Assembly (NCBI GenBank): GCA_032718475.1
Contig: JAUCBJ010006617.1
Location: forward strand, 1 to 64,000
Length of the DNA: 64,000 nt
Direction: 5' to 3'
Origin: Nemertoderma westbladi
Taxonomy: Eukaryota > Animalia > Xenacoelomorpha
The notes below the pieces were generated by a model. It did not search any database. It had not been told where the DNA came from and worked only from the letters and a program-made list of their open reading frames with translations. A program made the translations under genes and the position numbers. Below are positions 48,689 through 62,400 of this stretch, piece by piece (within the stretch, counting starts at the first letter, position 1; the number at the start of each line of letters is the position of its first letter).

Positions 48689-51600
48689 GTAATAAACATT
48701 CCATTACAACTCACTACCTCCCATCCATAGTTAAGTAATAAACATTCCATTACAACTCACTACCTCCAATCCATAGTTAAGTAATAAACATTCCATTACA
48801 ACTCACTACCACCCATCCATAGTTAAGTAATAGGTATTCCATTACAACTCACTACCACCCATCCATAGTTAAGTAATAAACATTCCATTACAACTCACTA
48901 CCTCCAATCCATAGTTAAGTAATAAACATTCCATTACAACTCACTACCTCCCATCCATAGTTAAGTAATAAACATTCCATTACAACTCACTACCTCCAAT
49001 CCATAGTTAAGCAATAAACATTCCATTACAACTCACTACCTCCCATCCATAGTTAAGTAATAGGTATTCCATTACAACTCACTACCACCCATCCATAGTT
49101 AAGTAATAAACATTCCATTACAACTCACTACCTCCAATCCATAGTTAAGTAATAAACATTCCATTACAACTCACTACCTCCAATCCATAGTTAAGTAATA
49201 GGTATTCCATTACAACTCACTACCACCCATCCATAGTTAAGTAATAAACATTCCATTACAACTCACTACCTCCAATCCATAGTTAAGTAATAAACATTCC
49301 ATTACAACTCACTACCTCCCATCCATAGTTAAGTAATAAACATTCCATTACAACTCACTACCTCCAATCCATAGTTAAGTAATAAACATTCCATTACAAC
49401 TCACTACCTCCAATCCATAGTTAAGTAATAAACATTCCATTACAACTCACTACCTCCCATCCATAGTTAAGTAATAAACATTCCATTACAACTCACTACC
49501 TCCCATCCATAGTTAAGTAATAAACATTCCATTACAACTCACTACCTCCCATCCATAGTTAAGTAATAAACATTCCATTACAACTCACTACCTCCAATCC
49601 ATAGTTAAGTAATAAACATTCCATTACAACTCACTCCTTCCCATCCATAGTTAAGTAATAAACATTCCATTACAACTCACTACCTCCCATCCATAGTTAA
49701 GCAATAAACATTCCATTACAACTCACTACCTCCCATCCATAGTTAAGTAATAAACATTCCATTACAACTCACTACCTCCCATTCATAGTTAAGTAATAAA
49801 CATTCCATTACAATTCACTACCTCCCATCCATAGTTAAGTAATAAACATTCCATTACAACTCACTACCTCCAATCCATAGTTAACTAATAAACATTCCAT
49901 TACAACTCACTACCTCCAATCCATAGTTAACTAATAAACATTCCATTACAACTCACTACCTCCCATCCATAGTTAAGTAATAAACATTCCATTACAACTC
50001 ACTACCTCCAATCCATAGTTAAGTAATAAACATTCCATTACAACTCACTACCTCCCATCCATAGTTAAGTAATAAACATTCCATTACAACTTACTACCTC
50101 CCATCCATAGTTAAGTAATAAACATTCCATTACAACTCACTACCTCCCATCCATAGTTAAGTAATAAACATTCCATTACAACTCACTACCTCCAATCCAT
50201 AGTTAACTAATAAACATTCCATTACAACTCACTACCTCCCATCCATAGTTAAGTAATAAACATTCCATTACAACTCACTACCTCCAATCCATAGTTAACT
50301 AATAAACATTCCATTACAACTCACTACCTCCAATCCATAGTTAACTAATAAACATTCCATTACAACTCACTACCTCCCATCCATAGTTAAGTAATAAACA
50401 TTCCATTACAACTCACTACCTCCAATCCATAGTTAAGTAATAAACATTCCATTACAACTCACTACCTCCCATCCATAGTTAAGTAATAAACATTCCATTA
50501 CAACTTACTACCTCCCATCCATAGTTAAGTAATAAACATTCCATTACAACTCACTACCTCCCATCCATAGTTAAGTAATAAACATTCCATTACAACTCAC
50601 TACCTCCAATCCATAGTTAACTAATAAACATTCCATTACAACTCACTACCTCCCATCCATAGTTAAGTAATAAACATTCCATTACAACTCACTACCTCCC
50701 ATCCATAGTTAAGTAATAAACATTCCATTACAACTCACTACCTCCCATCCATAGTTAAGTAATAAACATTCCATTACAACTCACTACCTCCCATCCATAG
50801 TTAAGTAATAAACATTCCATTACAACTCACTACCTCCAATCCATAGTTAACTAATAAACATTCCATTACAACTCACTACCTCCCATCCATAGTTAAGTAA
50901 TAAACATTCCATTACAACTCACTACCACCCATCCATAGTTAAGTAATAAACATTCCATTACAACTCACTACCTCCCATCCATAGTTAAGTAATAAACATT
51001 CCATTACAACTCACTACCTCCCATCCATAGTTAAGTAATAAACATTCCATTACAACTCACTACCTCCCATCCATAGTTAAGTAATAAACATTCCATTACA
51101 ACTCACTACCTCCCATCCATAGTTAAGTAATAAACATTCCATTACAACTCACTACCTCCCATCCATAGTTAAGCAATAAACATTCCATTACAACTCACTA
51201 CCTCCCATCCATAGTTAAGTAATAAACATTCCATTACAACTCACTACCTCCAATCCATAGTTAAGTAATAAACATTCCATTACAACTCACTACCTCCAAT
51301 CCATAGTTAAGTAATAAACATTCCATTACAACTCACTACCTCCAATCCATAGTTAAGTAATAAACATTCCATTACAACTCACTACCTCCAATCCATAGTT
51401 AACTAATAAACATTCCATTACAACTCACTACGTCCCATCCATAGTTAAGTAATAAACATTCCATTACAACTCACTACCACCCATCCATAGTTAAGCAATA
51501 AACATTCCATTACAACTCACTACCTCCCATCCATAGTTAAGTAATAAACATTCCATTACAACTCACTACCTCCAATCCATAGTTAAGTAATAAACATTCC

Positions 51601-52482
51601 ATTACAACTCACTACCTCCAATCCATAGTTAAGTAATAAACATTCCATTACAACTCACTACGTCCCATCCATAGTTAAGTAATAAACATTCCATTACAAC
51701 TCACTACCTCCAATCCATAGTTAAGTAATAAACATTCCATTACAACTCACTACCTCCAATCCATAGTTAAGTAATAAACATTCCATTACAACTCACTACC
51801 TCCAATCCATAGTTAACTAATAAACATTCCATTACAACTCACTACGTCCCATCCATAGTTAAGTAACAAACATTCCATTACAACTCACTACCTCCCATCC
51901 ATAGTTAAGTAATAAACATTCCATTACAACTCACTACCTCCAATCCATAGTTAAGTAATAAACATTCCATTACAACTCACTACGTCCCATCCATAGTTAA
52001 GTAATAAACATTCCATTACAACTCACTACCTCCAATCCATAGTTAAGTAATAAACATTCCATTACAACTCACTACCTCCAATCCATAGTTAACTAATAAA
52101 CATTCCATTACAACTCACTACGTCCCATCCATAGTTAAGTAACAAACATTCCATTACAACTCACTACCTCCCATCCATAGTTAAGTAATAAACATTCCAT
52201 TACAACTCACTACCTCCAATCCATAGTTAAGTAATAAACATTCCATTACAACTCATTACGTCCCATCCATAGTTAAGTAATAAACATTCCATTACAACTC
52301 ACTACGTCCCATCCATAGTTAAGTAATAAACATTCCATTACAACTCACTACCACCCATCCATAGTAAGTAATAAACATTCCATTACAACTCACTACCTCC
52401 AATCCATAGTTAACTAATAAACATTCCATTACAACTCACTACGTCCCATCCATAGTTAAGTAACAAACATTCCATTACAACT
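48689..52482. repeat. 46-bp satellite, ~82 copies
   Basis: Unit GTAATAAACATTCCATTACAACTCACTACCTCCCATCCATAGTTAA. It is cut mid-unit by the LTR at 52483. Confidence 0.99.
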
Positions 52483-55400
52483 TGTTATGATTAACTCATT
52501 GAATAAGATATTCAATAAAAGACAATAAACTCTGAACTGAGACTAGATAGACTAATTAATAATTAGATAGATTCACTTTATTGATTTATATTGTATACGA
52601 CCTACTATACTTAAATGTATCAGTTGTTTGCAGCTGTTAGGCATTCAGCTGTAACAGGGATGTATTAGTATTTTCTGTTACTGTCTCTGCTTTACGTTTC
52701 TCATATATATTATCTTATTATATTACCTTTCATTACCTTTCGTATTATACATTGATTTAATTCTTAACATGGTAGCAGAGCGTGAAAAGATCAATAATGT
52801 AATTAAAATATTCGTAAATTTTAATGTCTGTAATTAAATGAATAAAATTAATTATTAAAAAAAAAAAATATTTTTAAAATTGTATTGAAATATTTGAGTA
52901 CTGGATCTTATGTCTAGAACAAGTTCAATAAAGAATCCTCCTCGCTTTGATCCCGAGGTGGATGATTACATATATTGGAAGAAAGAGCTGGCAATATGGG
53001 GTAGTGTGACGGATATTCCGGCCCCAAAGAGAGCAGGGATGGTGGTACTCAGTTTGGTTGGGCGCGCTAAAGAAAGGGGTTTGAATCTAACTGCCCATGA
53101 GTTAAATGTTGAGGGTGGATTAGAAACTCTTTTACAACTATTAGACGAAGCATTTCAAACGCCAGCCGATGATAGGGCTTACTCAGCATACATGAAATTT
53201 AAAGAAAATAGACGGGAGTCACATATATCAATGAGAGACTATGTTCTGCAATTTGAAAAGTTGTATGCCGAAATGAGACAATATGACATGACTCTCAGTG
53301 ATGTAGTTTTAGCTTCTGAATTGTTGTACAATGCTAATGTTGATGAACGAGAAAGACGAATGATACTTGCATCATCGACATTGAAGTTCAATGATATAAA
53401 ATCGACGATACTTCGAACTTATTCTGGAATGTCTTCAGCTGCAGGATGTGATCGAGTAATTAAAACGGAAGAGGTATTTGAGACGCAGAGCTTAGGCATG
53501 GACAATCATGGGAACAATCAGAATCAAGGCTGTTTTTGGAATAGAAAACAAAATTGGGGGAATCGTGGTAGATCGTTTCGTGGTGGTTATCAGCGTGGAC
53601 GAGGCCGACAGATTGGGAATAATTTCAATGAATTTAGGAGATCAGGACCAGGACCATCAGCAGCATATAGATGTTCTGTATGCGATTCGTCCATGCATTG
53701 GTATCGCGATTGTCCACATAAGGAGCAATGTGCAGAACAACCATCAACATCGTTCATGGTTATATCATCACATTCCTTGTGTCTGCATGTGGATGAGAAG
53801 GATTATGATTTTTTACCAAGAGGTATAATTGACACTGCTTGTACAAAAACAGTGGCAGGTTACAAGTGGTATTCAATGTATTGTTGTTGGATCAGAAAGA
53901 ATTGTGATGTTGAGGTGGAAACGTTTTCTACAAATGCAGGATTTACATTTGGAGGTGGTGAGCAGTGCAAGGCTATGTTCTGTACGATTATCCCCGTTTG
54001 GATTGCGGGTAAGAAACATACCTTAAAGGTAGAGATTATTGCAGGTGATCTACCTTTACTGATTTCAGTTGAATCATTGAAGAAGATGGATGCAATCATT
54101 AATTTTACGAACCATACAATGAGTGTAAGAAGTGACTTGGTATCTCTAAAAGAAATTCAGTCTGGACACTATACTATTGATTTGTTTAACTCTAAGTTAA
54201 GTGACTGCGATTCAGTTCTAGTTGTTAACTTAAATAAGGAGTCAATACTAAAATTACATAACCAATTCGGACATCCGACCTGTGATAAGTTGGGTTCATT
54301 GTTAACCAACAGTGGTCAGGCATTTGATAGAAATCATGTAGTCGAAATCAGTGAAAGTTGTGAAAGTTGTCAACTATACAAACGAATGAAGCCAAAGCCG
54401 ATAGTTACTCTACCTATGGCCAATGAATTTAATGAAATGCTGGCCATTGATCTAACTCATATTAAAGACCAGCAACGTGGTTCCTTTTGGGCAATACATA
54501 TAATTGATATGTATACACGCTTCAGCATGGTTTTAAGAATTATGGATAAGCAAAGTACGACTATACAACGTTGTATATTAGATAACTGGATGTCATTATT
54601 TGGCAATTCAAGAGCGATATTGACTGATAACGGTGGTGAGTTTGCTGCGGCTTCATTCACAGAAATGTGTGATTATTTAAACATTGAACATCTTTCAACA
54701 GTGCCTTATTGCCCATTTTCTAATGGTGTTGTAGAAAGACACAATGGTACAATAAAGGAGATATATTATAAGGTCAGTTTGACAGAGAAAGATTTAACTA
54801 TTGATTCAATTCTCCGCATGGCTTGCTTTGCTAAGAACTGTAATCACAACAATTCTGGATTTTCTCCTTATCAATTAGTATTCGGTAAAAACCCTAGAAT
54901 AAATTCAGCAATCAATGACGACGTACTACCTTTGGAACCAGCACCTGTCGGGACAACATTCGAAAAACATCTTAGGTGTCTCAGGGAAACAAGAATAGCA
55001 TACACACAAGTGGAAAATTCTGAACGAATTCGAAGAGCGTTGAGATGTATTACACGAGAAACAGGCCAGACGTTTAAAGAAGGTGAGTCAGTATATTTCC
55101 GACATCATAACAATCGCCGGTGGAGTGGTCCGGCGCGTGTTGTAAGTCAAGATGGAACTGAAGTGTTAGTAAAGCATGGTTGTAGATATCTACGCTGTCA
55201 TCGAGATGAATTGAGACGGAATAATAGCCAAGATATTTCTGTCTCTAATACTGAGGTTCCAGGAAATATAGGACAGCAAAATCATGAAAGTAAAAAAATT
55301 CAGGTAGACGGCAAAAATGACATGTCAGATGATGATGAAACCGAAAGTAATGATGAATTAGATGATAATAATGTTGATGACCTTTTACATGGTGCAACAG

Positions 55401-56568
55401 GAGACTCAACTATCCAACCTGGGAACTCTGAACCATTGAGAAGATCGACACGTCAGCGAAATGAACCAGATAGATTTGTATCAATGTTTGTTAGAGCAAA
55501 GGAAGAGAAGGACACACCAAAATTTGATAATGCGAAATATAAGGAATATAAATCATGGGTTGACAACAATGCTTTTGAAGAAATTAATGAAGACGATATT
55601 AAAGGCAATTCTACTGTGATTTCGACACGGTGGGTATTGACATACAAAGGAGATGGGGACGAGAAGTACCCTAAGGCACGTTTAGTAGCAAGGGGATTTG
55701 AGGATACAGATGATGTCTTAGGTTATGCCCCAACTGTAACTAAGTATTCAATGAGAATTGCGTTGTCAATTGCTAGTGATGATGACTGGTCGGCAGTTGT
55801 TGTTGATTTTAAGACGGCCTTTTTGCAGGGTCATCAGATACAACGAGATGTTTATTTAATCCCTCCAAAAGGCGTCCCATTGACGTATGGTAGTAAAACG
55901 TTATGGAAATTACGAAAATGTGTTTATGGTTTAACAGAGGCTTCGAGACAATGGTATGGAAAGGTTAAGGATGAAATATTGAAACTTGGTGGTATAATGT
56001 CTAAAATGGATAATGCAATGTTTATATTCAAAAGTGTTGATAATGTTGTGGGGGTTATTGGACTGCATGTTGATGATGTTCTATTGGCTGGAACTCCATC
56101 TATGGTTAATGCGATTGTAGAAAAGTTGGATTCTATATTCAAAATAGGAAAGATTAAAAAGGTCAATAGCGAATGGGTAGAATTTCTAGGTCTCCAGATT
56201 CGGAAAAGAGATTCCCGATTTGAAATTTCACAGGCGAAATATGTGGATCAACTAGAGTGTCTGAATGTTAGTGACACTGTCAGAATTGGTTGTGAGTCGG
56301 AAACTGCAAGGACGGCAGTTGGTAAACTTATGTGGCTTTGCACGACAAGTCGCCCAGATATATCCTTCTCTGTGAGTCGATTGGCATCATGCACTAGTAC
56401 AGCTACGGTCTCTGATTTAAACAAACTTAACAAATTGATTCGTACAGTGAAGTCCCAGCCATTTATACTTCCACTCTTAAGAGATATGTCCGATTGTATA
56501 ACAGTGTATGTTGATGCATCCTTTGGTAATCCATCTTGGGGTGGGTACATTCTACTCTGGGGTAGAGC
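52483..56568 (+). mobile_element. Ty1/Copia LTR retrotransposon (GalEa-like), 5' LTR to RNase H, interrupted
   Basis: LTR TGTTA...TAACA at 52483-52769, immediately followed by the tRNA-Met-type PBS TGGTAGCAGAGC (52770-52781). Domain order is gag-PR-IN-RT-RH. Confidence 0.9.
52910..56568 (+). CDS. Copia gag-pol polyprotein, uninterrupted until cut within RNase H
   Basis: Zinc knuckle CSVCDSSMHWYRDC; protease IIDTAC; integrase HNQFGH..CESC, D..TDNGGEF..NGVVERHN; RT TRWV, KARLVARGF, DFKTAFLQG, VYGL, LHVDD; RNase H start YVDASF..SWGGYI. Confidence 0.93.
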
Positions 56569-59412
56569 TGTGATGTAATAATACCGGTTACCTTTCTGTA
56601 GGTTTTAATAAACTAAAAAAACAAAGACTGACTGATCAGATTACCGGTAGTAAACACCAGTAGCCTGAACCTAGGCCTAGCACATAATATCAATATATGA
56701 CAATCACCCATCACCAAAATTCTAACATAAAATTACTCCTCTCTGTCAGTTAGGGTTCCAATCATCCCTTTAAACTTAATAATAGCGAAATTAATATCTC
56801 AAACACCCGTCACCATAATTATATTTGAATTTTATTATTGTTGAATTATTATTGAATTCTTTCTATCTCATAATTAAGGTCTATACCAATCCGGGGGATT
56901 TCTCACTCGTTGCGATCTCCTCACCAATGTACTTGGTTCAGGCAGTGCTGTACCAATTTCAATGTTTGAACTACTTGGGCTTTCAGACCCTGTTTGATGA
57001 ATAAGGTTACTTTCAATTACGTTGCGATCAGGTTGAGAACAGTCTGATCTTCTTCTACGAGGAACTTCCTCCTGCTGAGAAACAACCATGCGACTGTTGT
57101 TTACAGTGTTGGTGTTGTTGAAAGGGTTTTCAACATTTAAGTCGTTCAGCTTATCTTCATCACCAGTAACAGTACCGGGAGATGCTAGTTGTCGAATAGA
57201 AACTGTGGCTTCCTTCCCACTCGGTAAACGAACATGAGCATAGTTTGGGTTTGCTTCTAGGAGTTCGACTTCATCAACTAAAGGATCATACTTGCTTTTC
57301 CGTACATTCCGTTTCATTAGAACAATACCTGGCTCAGTTAACCAGTTGGGCAGCGTATATCCACTCATTGAGCGTCTTCTGTAATTAAAGAAACGTTCGT
57401 GTGGAGTTGCATTGGTGGATGTACACAATAAGGATCGAACAGAATGCAAAGCTTCGTGTAGAACAACCTCCCATTGATTGATGCTTAAGCCTTTTGATTT
57501 CAGAGCCAATGAAATAGCTCTCCAGACAATGCCATTGTATCGTTCACATTGCCCATTTCCTTGCGGGTTGTATGATGTGGTACGACTAGTGGCAATACCA
57601 CGTGAGTGTAGATATGAGCGCAGTTCATTAGATATAAAACCGCTACCCCTATCGGAATGTACAAAAGCAGGCATGCCGAAAATGCTAAATAATTGAGTGA
57701 AGCACGATATTACTGTAGCTGTAGAGACATCGGGGCAAGCAAAAACAAATGGAAATCGTGAAAACTCGTCAATAATTGTTAACATGTATTTATTTTGAGA
57801 ATTTGATGGTAAAGGTCCCTTGAAATCAATGTTTAAACGTTCAAATGGCTGGGTAGACTTAATAAGGTTTGCATCGGTAGGCTTGTAGAAGTTTGGTTTC
57901 AGTTCTGCACAAGTGCGACAAGATGAACACAATTTCTTGACTTCTTCTATAGAGTAAGGTAAGTTTTTTGAACGTATAAAATGGATCATTCGCGTTATAC
58001 CAGGGTGACACAAGGCTTCATGTAATTCTGGGAGACTGTGGAAGGGCGTAGAAGATGCGTTGCAATTGGAAACTCTTGATAATGCGTCGGCAGGTAAATT
58101 TAATTTCCCAGGTCTGTATACAATATCATACGAGAATGAGGAAAGTTCGACGTGCCAGCGCATAATTTTATCGTTTTTAATCTTGCCGAGTTTTTGTTTA
58201 TCGTACATGAAACAAACGGATCGCTGATCTGTGATAAGTGAAAAATGTCTACCAATTAAATAGTGTCGCCATTTGCGTAGAGCTTCAACTATAGCTTGTG
58301 CTTCATTTTCAACCGAAGAATGACGAAGTTCACTGTGTGTCAACATTCGCGAAAAAAAAGCAACTGGCTTGCCATCTTGATTCAGAGTAGCAGAAATTGC
58401 GAAGTCAGACGCATCCGTCTCGACCACAAAAGGAATAGTTTCGTCAATGAAACTCACTATTGAGTTTTCAATATCTTTCTTGATTAATTCAAATGCAGAT
58501 ACACATTCTTGGCTTAGTGGAAACGCCCTTGAATTTACCAGTGGTCGAATTTTATCGGAGTAATGAGATATCCATTGTGAGTAATAAGAAAACATTCCCA
58601 TTGCTCTACGTAGTGAAGCTGTGTTGTTGGGAACCGGAAGTTCTTTCAGCGGTTTTAACCGATCTGGATCGGGAGCAATGGTTCCTTCTGAAATTCAAAA
58701 GCCCAAAAAGTCGAAAGAAGTAACTGAAAAGACAGATTTACTGGCATTAAACGTAAACCCGACCCCTTTCGCAGCAGCTAAAAATGTTTCTAAATTGAAA
58801 TCATGTTCCTCCTGCGAATTTCCACATATTACAACATTATCGAGCCAAACGAATGTATCTTTCAGTTTATTTTGAGCAACAAACTCGTTAATTGATCTTT
58901 GAAACTGCGCCACTGCATTGGTTAGTCCAAAAGGCATACGATTGAATTGATAAAGTTGACCGTTAGCTTCGAATGCAGTATATACTTTGTCTTCCTCCGG
59001 TAAAAGAATTTGATGGTAAGCGCTCTTTAGATCGAGTTGGCTGAAAATCTTGTAGCCAGCCACTTTGTTAACCAAATCTCTCATATTTGGCAAGGGGTAT
59101 GCGTCTAGTTGGGTGAATCTGTTAATTGTTTGGGAGTAATCGATGCACATTCGCTTTTTACCATCGCTTTTGGTGTCGATAACTATCTGTGAACGCCAAG
59201 GTGAAATACTATGTTCAATGATATTCTCAGACAACAGGCGTTCAATTTCTGATTGAATGTAAACCTGGTCTGGCTGAGAAAATCTTCTGGATTTTGTCGC
59301 AATGGGTTTACAGTCTGGAGTAAGGAATGAAAACAATGTAGGCGGGGTAAGTGTGGAAGCAGCAACACCACAAATATTTAGAGTTGGTTATAAATGCCCG
59401 TATCCCTTATAC
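56569..59412 (-). mobile_element. Ty3/Gypsy LTR retrotransposon, 3' part (RT-RH-IN plus a putative short 3' LTR at 56569-56727)
   Basis: RT SPW, RMCIDY, DAYPLP, LDLKSAYHQ, MPFGL, WLDN; RNase H TDASD, TDQ, ADALSR; integrase HPG..CRTC, DFKGP, SDRG, NGQCERYN. In-frame TGA at 58695-58697. LTR limits are tentative. Confidence 0.9.
56874..59386 (-). pseudogene. Gypsy pol with an in-frame stop
   Basis: The ORFs 58695-59336 and 56874-58601 are in the same frame: ...FLGF*ISEGTIAPDPDRLKPL... Confidence 0.85.
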
Positions 59413-62400
59413 TGTATACCAAATTTGTTTACATTGTTGGCCTTGTTAATTTCCTTTATATTACGCCACCTAGCGAGGTATGGCAATACTGCTTTTACCG
59501 AATGTATATATAGTGCAATTTAAATCATAAATATCAGACTCGGTATTATTTTACATACCCCACGTTGGGTTGCTAATAGGCCATACTTTTCAGCACTACA
59601 CTACAACACTACACTACACTACACTACCGGTACACTTACGCTCATTCGCACTCACGTTTCTGTTATTCTACTATTCTGTTTGATATTGTTATTATTATTG
59701 CTTTGATTGTTATACAATAAACTAACTGCTGAACTGGTTCAACCATCAGAAGAAGGGTTTTCCTCGATGTTATCCCTCAGTTAGCTTACAGAGTACTAGA
59801 GTAGCAGACTGCCGCTACTGGCTGACTGGAGAAAGTCACTGCAACGCCGCAATACTTCAGGTCGGTATCATATTTGCCAGCTGGTTACTGCCATTGACTG
59901 GCCCGAACTCCGGCATTCAACGCACTGAGTGTGAGTGTCTCCCCCAAGTAACCTTATTGCAGTTGTGCTGTCCATCCGCATTAGGCCTATACAAATCAGT
60001 TAAGCCTAATCGTCGTCGATGTTAATACCCTTCAGCCCTTTGCTTTGTGTGAGCGTGTGTCTGTGTGTAACAGTGTGGTAATGTGCCTGCGAATCCGCTA
60101 AACAACCCACGTAGGGCGCTAGAATCTCTCTAGCACCAACACTGAAAAGTATCTATTTACGTGAGTAAACTAAATGATTTTGTAGGAGTCAAGTTTATTT
60201 TCGCAGGTGGATATTCGCAATTGCAGAATTGCAGTCAAGAAAGACGCGCAGTAAGTTTGCTGCTTAACTGCCTAGACCTGTCTGCCTGTAGTACTGTACT
60301 GTACACAGTAGTACCGGTTAAAATAATTGCATTCTTTCTTGTTCCGTATCTTCTGCAATCCCCTCACAGGAACGCCAGCCCTCGTTACGATTATAACGTT
60401 GATGATATCCTGTGTTTCCAGTCTGTAAATTGTTCTTTATATTTTAGGACTGAACGCAATCAGCCTAGCAAACTGATTCCTTGCTTTTTATGCAACAAGT
60501 TTTCCTTCCTAATCTATATAGTTTAATTTCAGGTTTTCCCCTTTTGTTATGGATCGATCGTTTTTACAGACCGGCCGGCTTTAAATACGATTTTTCCACT
60601 ACAAGAGACATAATACTTAGTCTCTATTTTGGTGGACGGTGTATATAACCTCACCCACCAGGGTACCCCCTTGCTTTATTGTTACTAGAGCCGCGTTGTT
60701 AATCGGCAACTTATCCACGCACTGTTAGTAGGCCAACTTTCAGATAAGACTCAAGGATTATATAGTTTCTCTAGTCGCTTCCTACTGTCTGACTGTCCTA
60801 CATATTCTGGACCACTGTATTTTACTAGTCAGCTAGTCTGCTAGTACAAAATACCTACTACAATACTAGGTACTGCAGTACTGGTAACTACATATCCATA
60901 GTCTGGACCAATACCGGTACTTGTCAGCTTATTGCATATTGTTCTAAGGACGTTACTGCGTTAGTCTGTTATTGTCTGACGGTGAAAATTCGCCCTGTCA
61001 GCAAATCCGCTAAGAAGATTTAATTGCTTCTTGCCGCTTCTTCCCAAACGAGAATCCTGTTATGATTATACCTTGCTGCCTTGTATAACGGTATAAGCGA
61101 ATCGTTTGAAGGTAACTTGCGAGTTCAAATATTGGATCGCTTTGTTACATAGTTTGTATATAGGCCTACGGGCCTACCGTACTGCCGTACTACAACTGTA
61201 CTGCCATATGTAAATTCTACTTTTCTACTGTCCTAAAGTAAGTACAACCATTTTAAAATTTATAAAGGAAAACGGAAAGAGGAGAGTTGTGAAGTTGTGA
61301 GAGAGCAAATAATAAGATAAGCCTATATTTATTATTACGGTATCATTCAGTCATTAGGCTATAATCCTGTAATTTTATTATATAAATTCGAATTAGTGCT
61401 GCACCGGTACTGCTGTAGTGCCAATATGCATTGCATAGTGTTGCCTTAAATTAAACATCTGACATTACAGTGGTAGGCACGTGGATCCAGACCCAAATAC
61501 TGGAATACCACTGGCTGATAATTTTACCCATAATTAATTACTATACGGGAAACTTATGATACGGTACTTTAATTAGTACCCGGCTAGTATTATTAACATT
61601 AATATTCCTAGTTGAAGTAGCTTCATTTGGTCACATTGACATTACATGTATTGTACTGTTGTAGGCTATTTCTGTATTACAACCTTTTAGTAGGCCTGTT
61701 GGTAGGATATATCGTAATCATTGTATGTATTTCAGATAAGTTTATATATATTTGAGTACCGGTATAACCTTTAGTACACTAGTACTGTAGTAGGCATATG
61801 TATATGTATATGATTTGTGCCCCGCTGTCCTGTATATACAAAGAATCAGATAATACAATACAGGTACCGGTATTTAAACTTTCTATAATCAGATAATAGG
61901 CTAGACCTATTTACTAAATTATCAGTTAAATTATCATAAATTAAATATTTTATAAACTCTATAGAATCAATAGGCCTCTGTACTGTAACTTGTTTATTTA
62001 AACACTATAAGTCACTGTTTATAGTCTGATAGTTATTAGGCCTAACACTTGACAGGACTAGTATTACCATTCAAGTGTACCTTTATTTATCTTTAAAAGC
62101 CTATAGGCACTGGCGCTATACTGTATAGTTTATCAGTACCCAGTTAGTATATAGGTACGTTTATTTCTCAATTAAATATGTCTGACATTACCCCGATGCC
62201 GACAAGCACTAACACAGACGTTACTACGGATGAACGGGAATCTTTGTCCAATCCAACCATCATAGAAGGTCACGAGATTAATAATTTCCCTCTTACGAAT
62301 GGCGAACAAGTTATTGACCATGATGTCTCCCCGACTGGCTCAACTACAGACAATGTTAATGACTTGGACGTTACACAAGTGACGACTATAGAAGGTGCAA

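Noticed and set aside
28788-52482. Satellites as CRISPR arrays
   Set aside because: They are head-to-tail repeats with no unique spacers.
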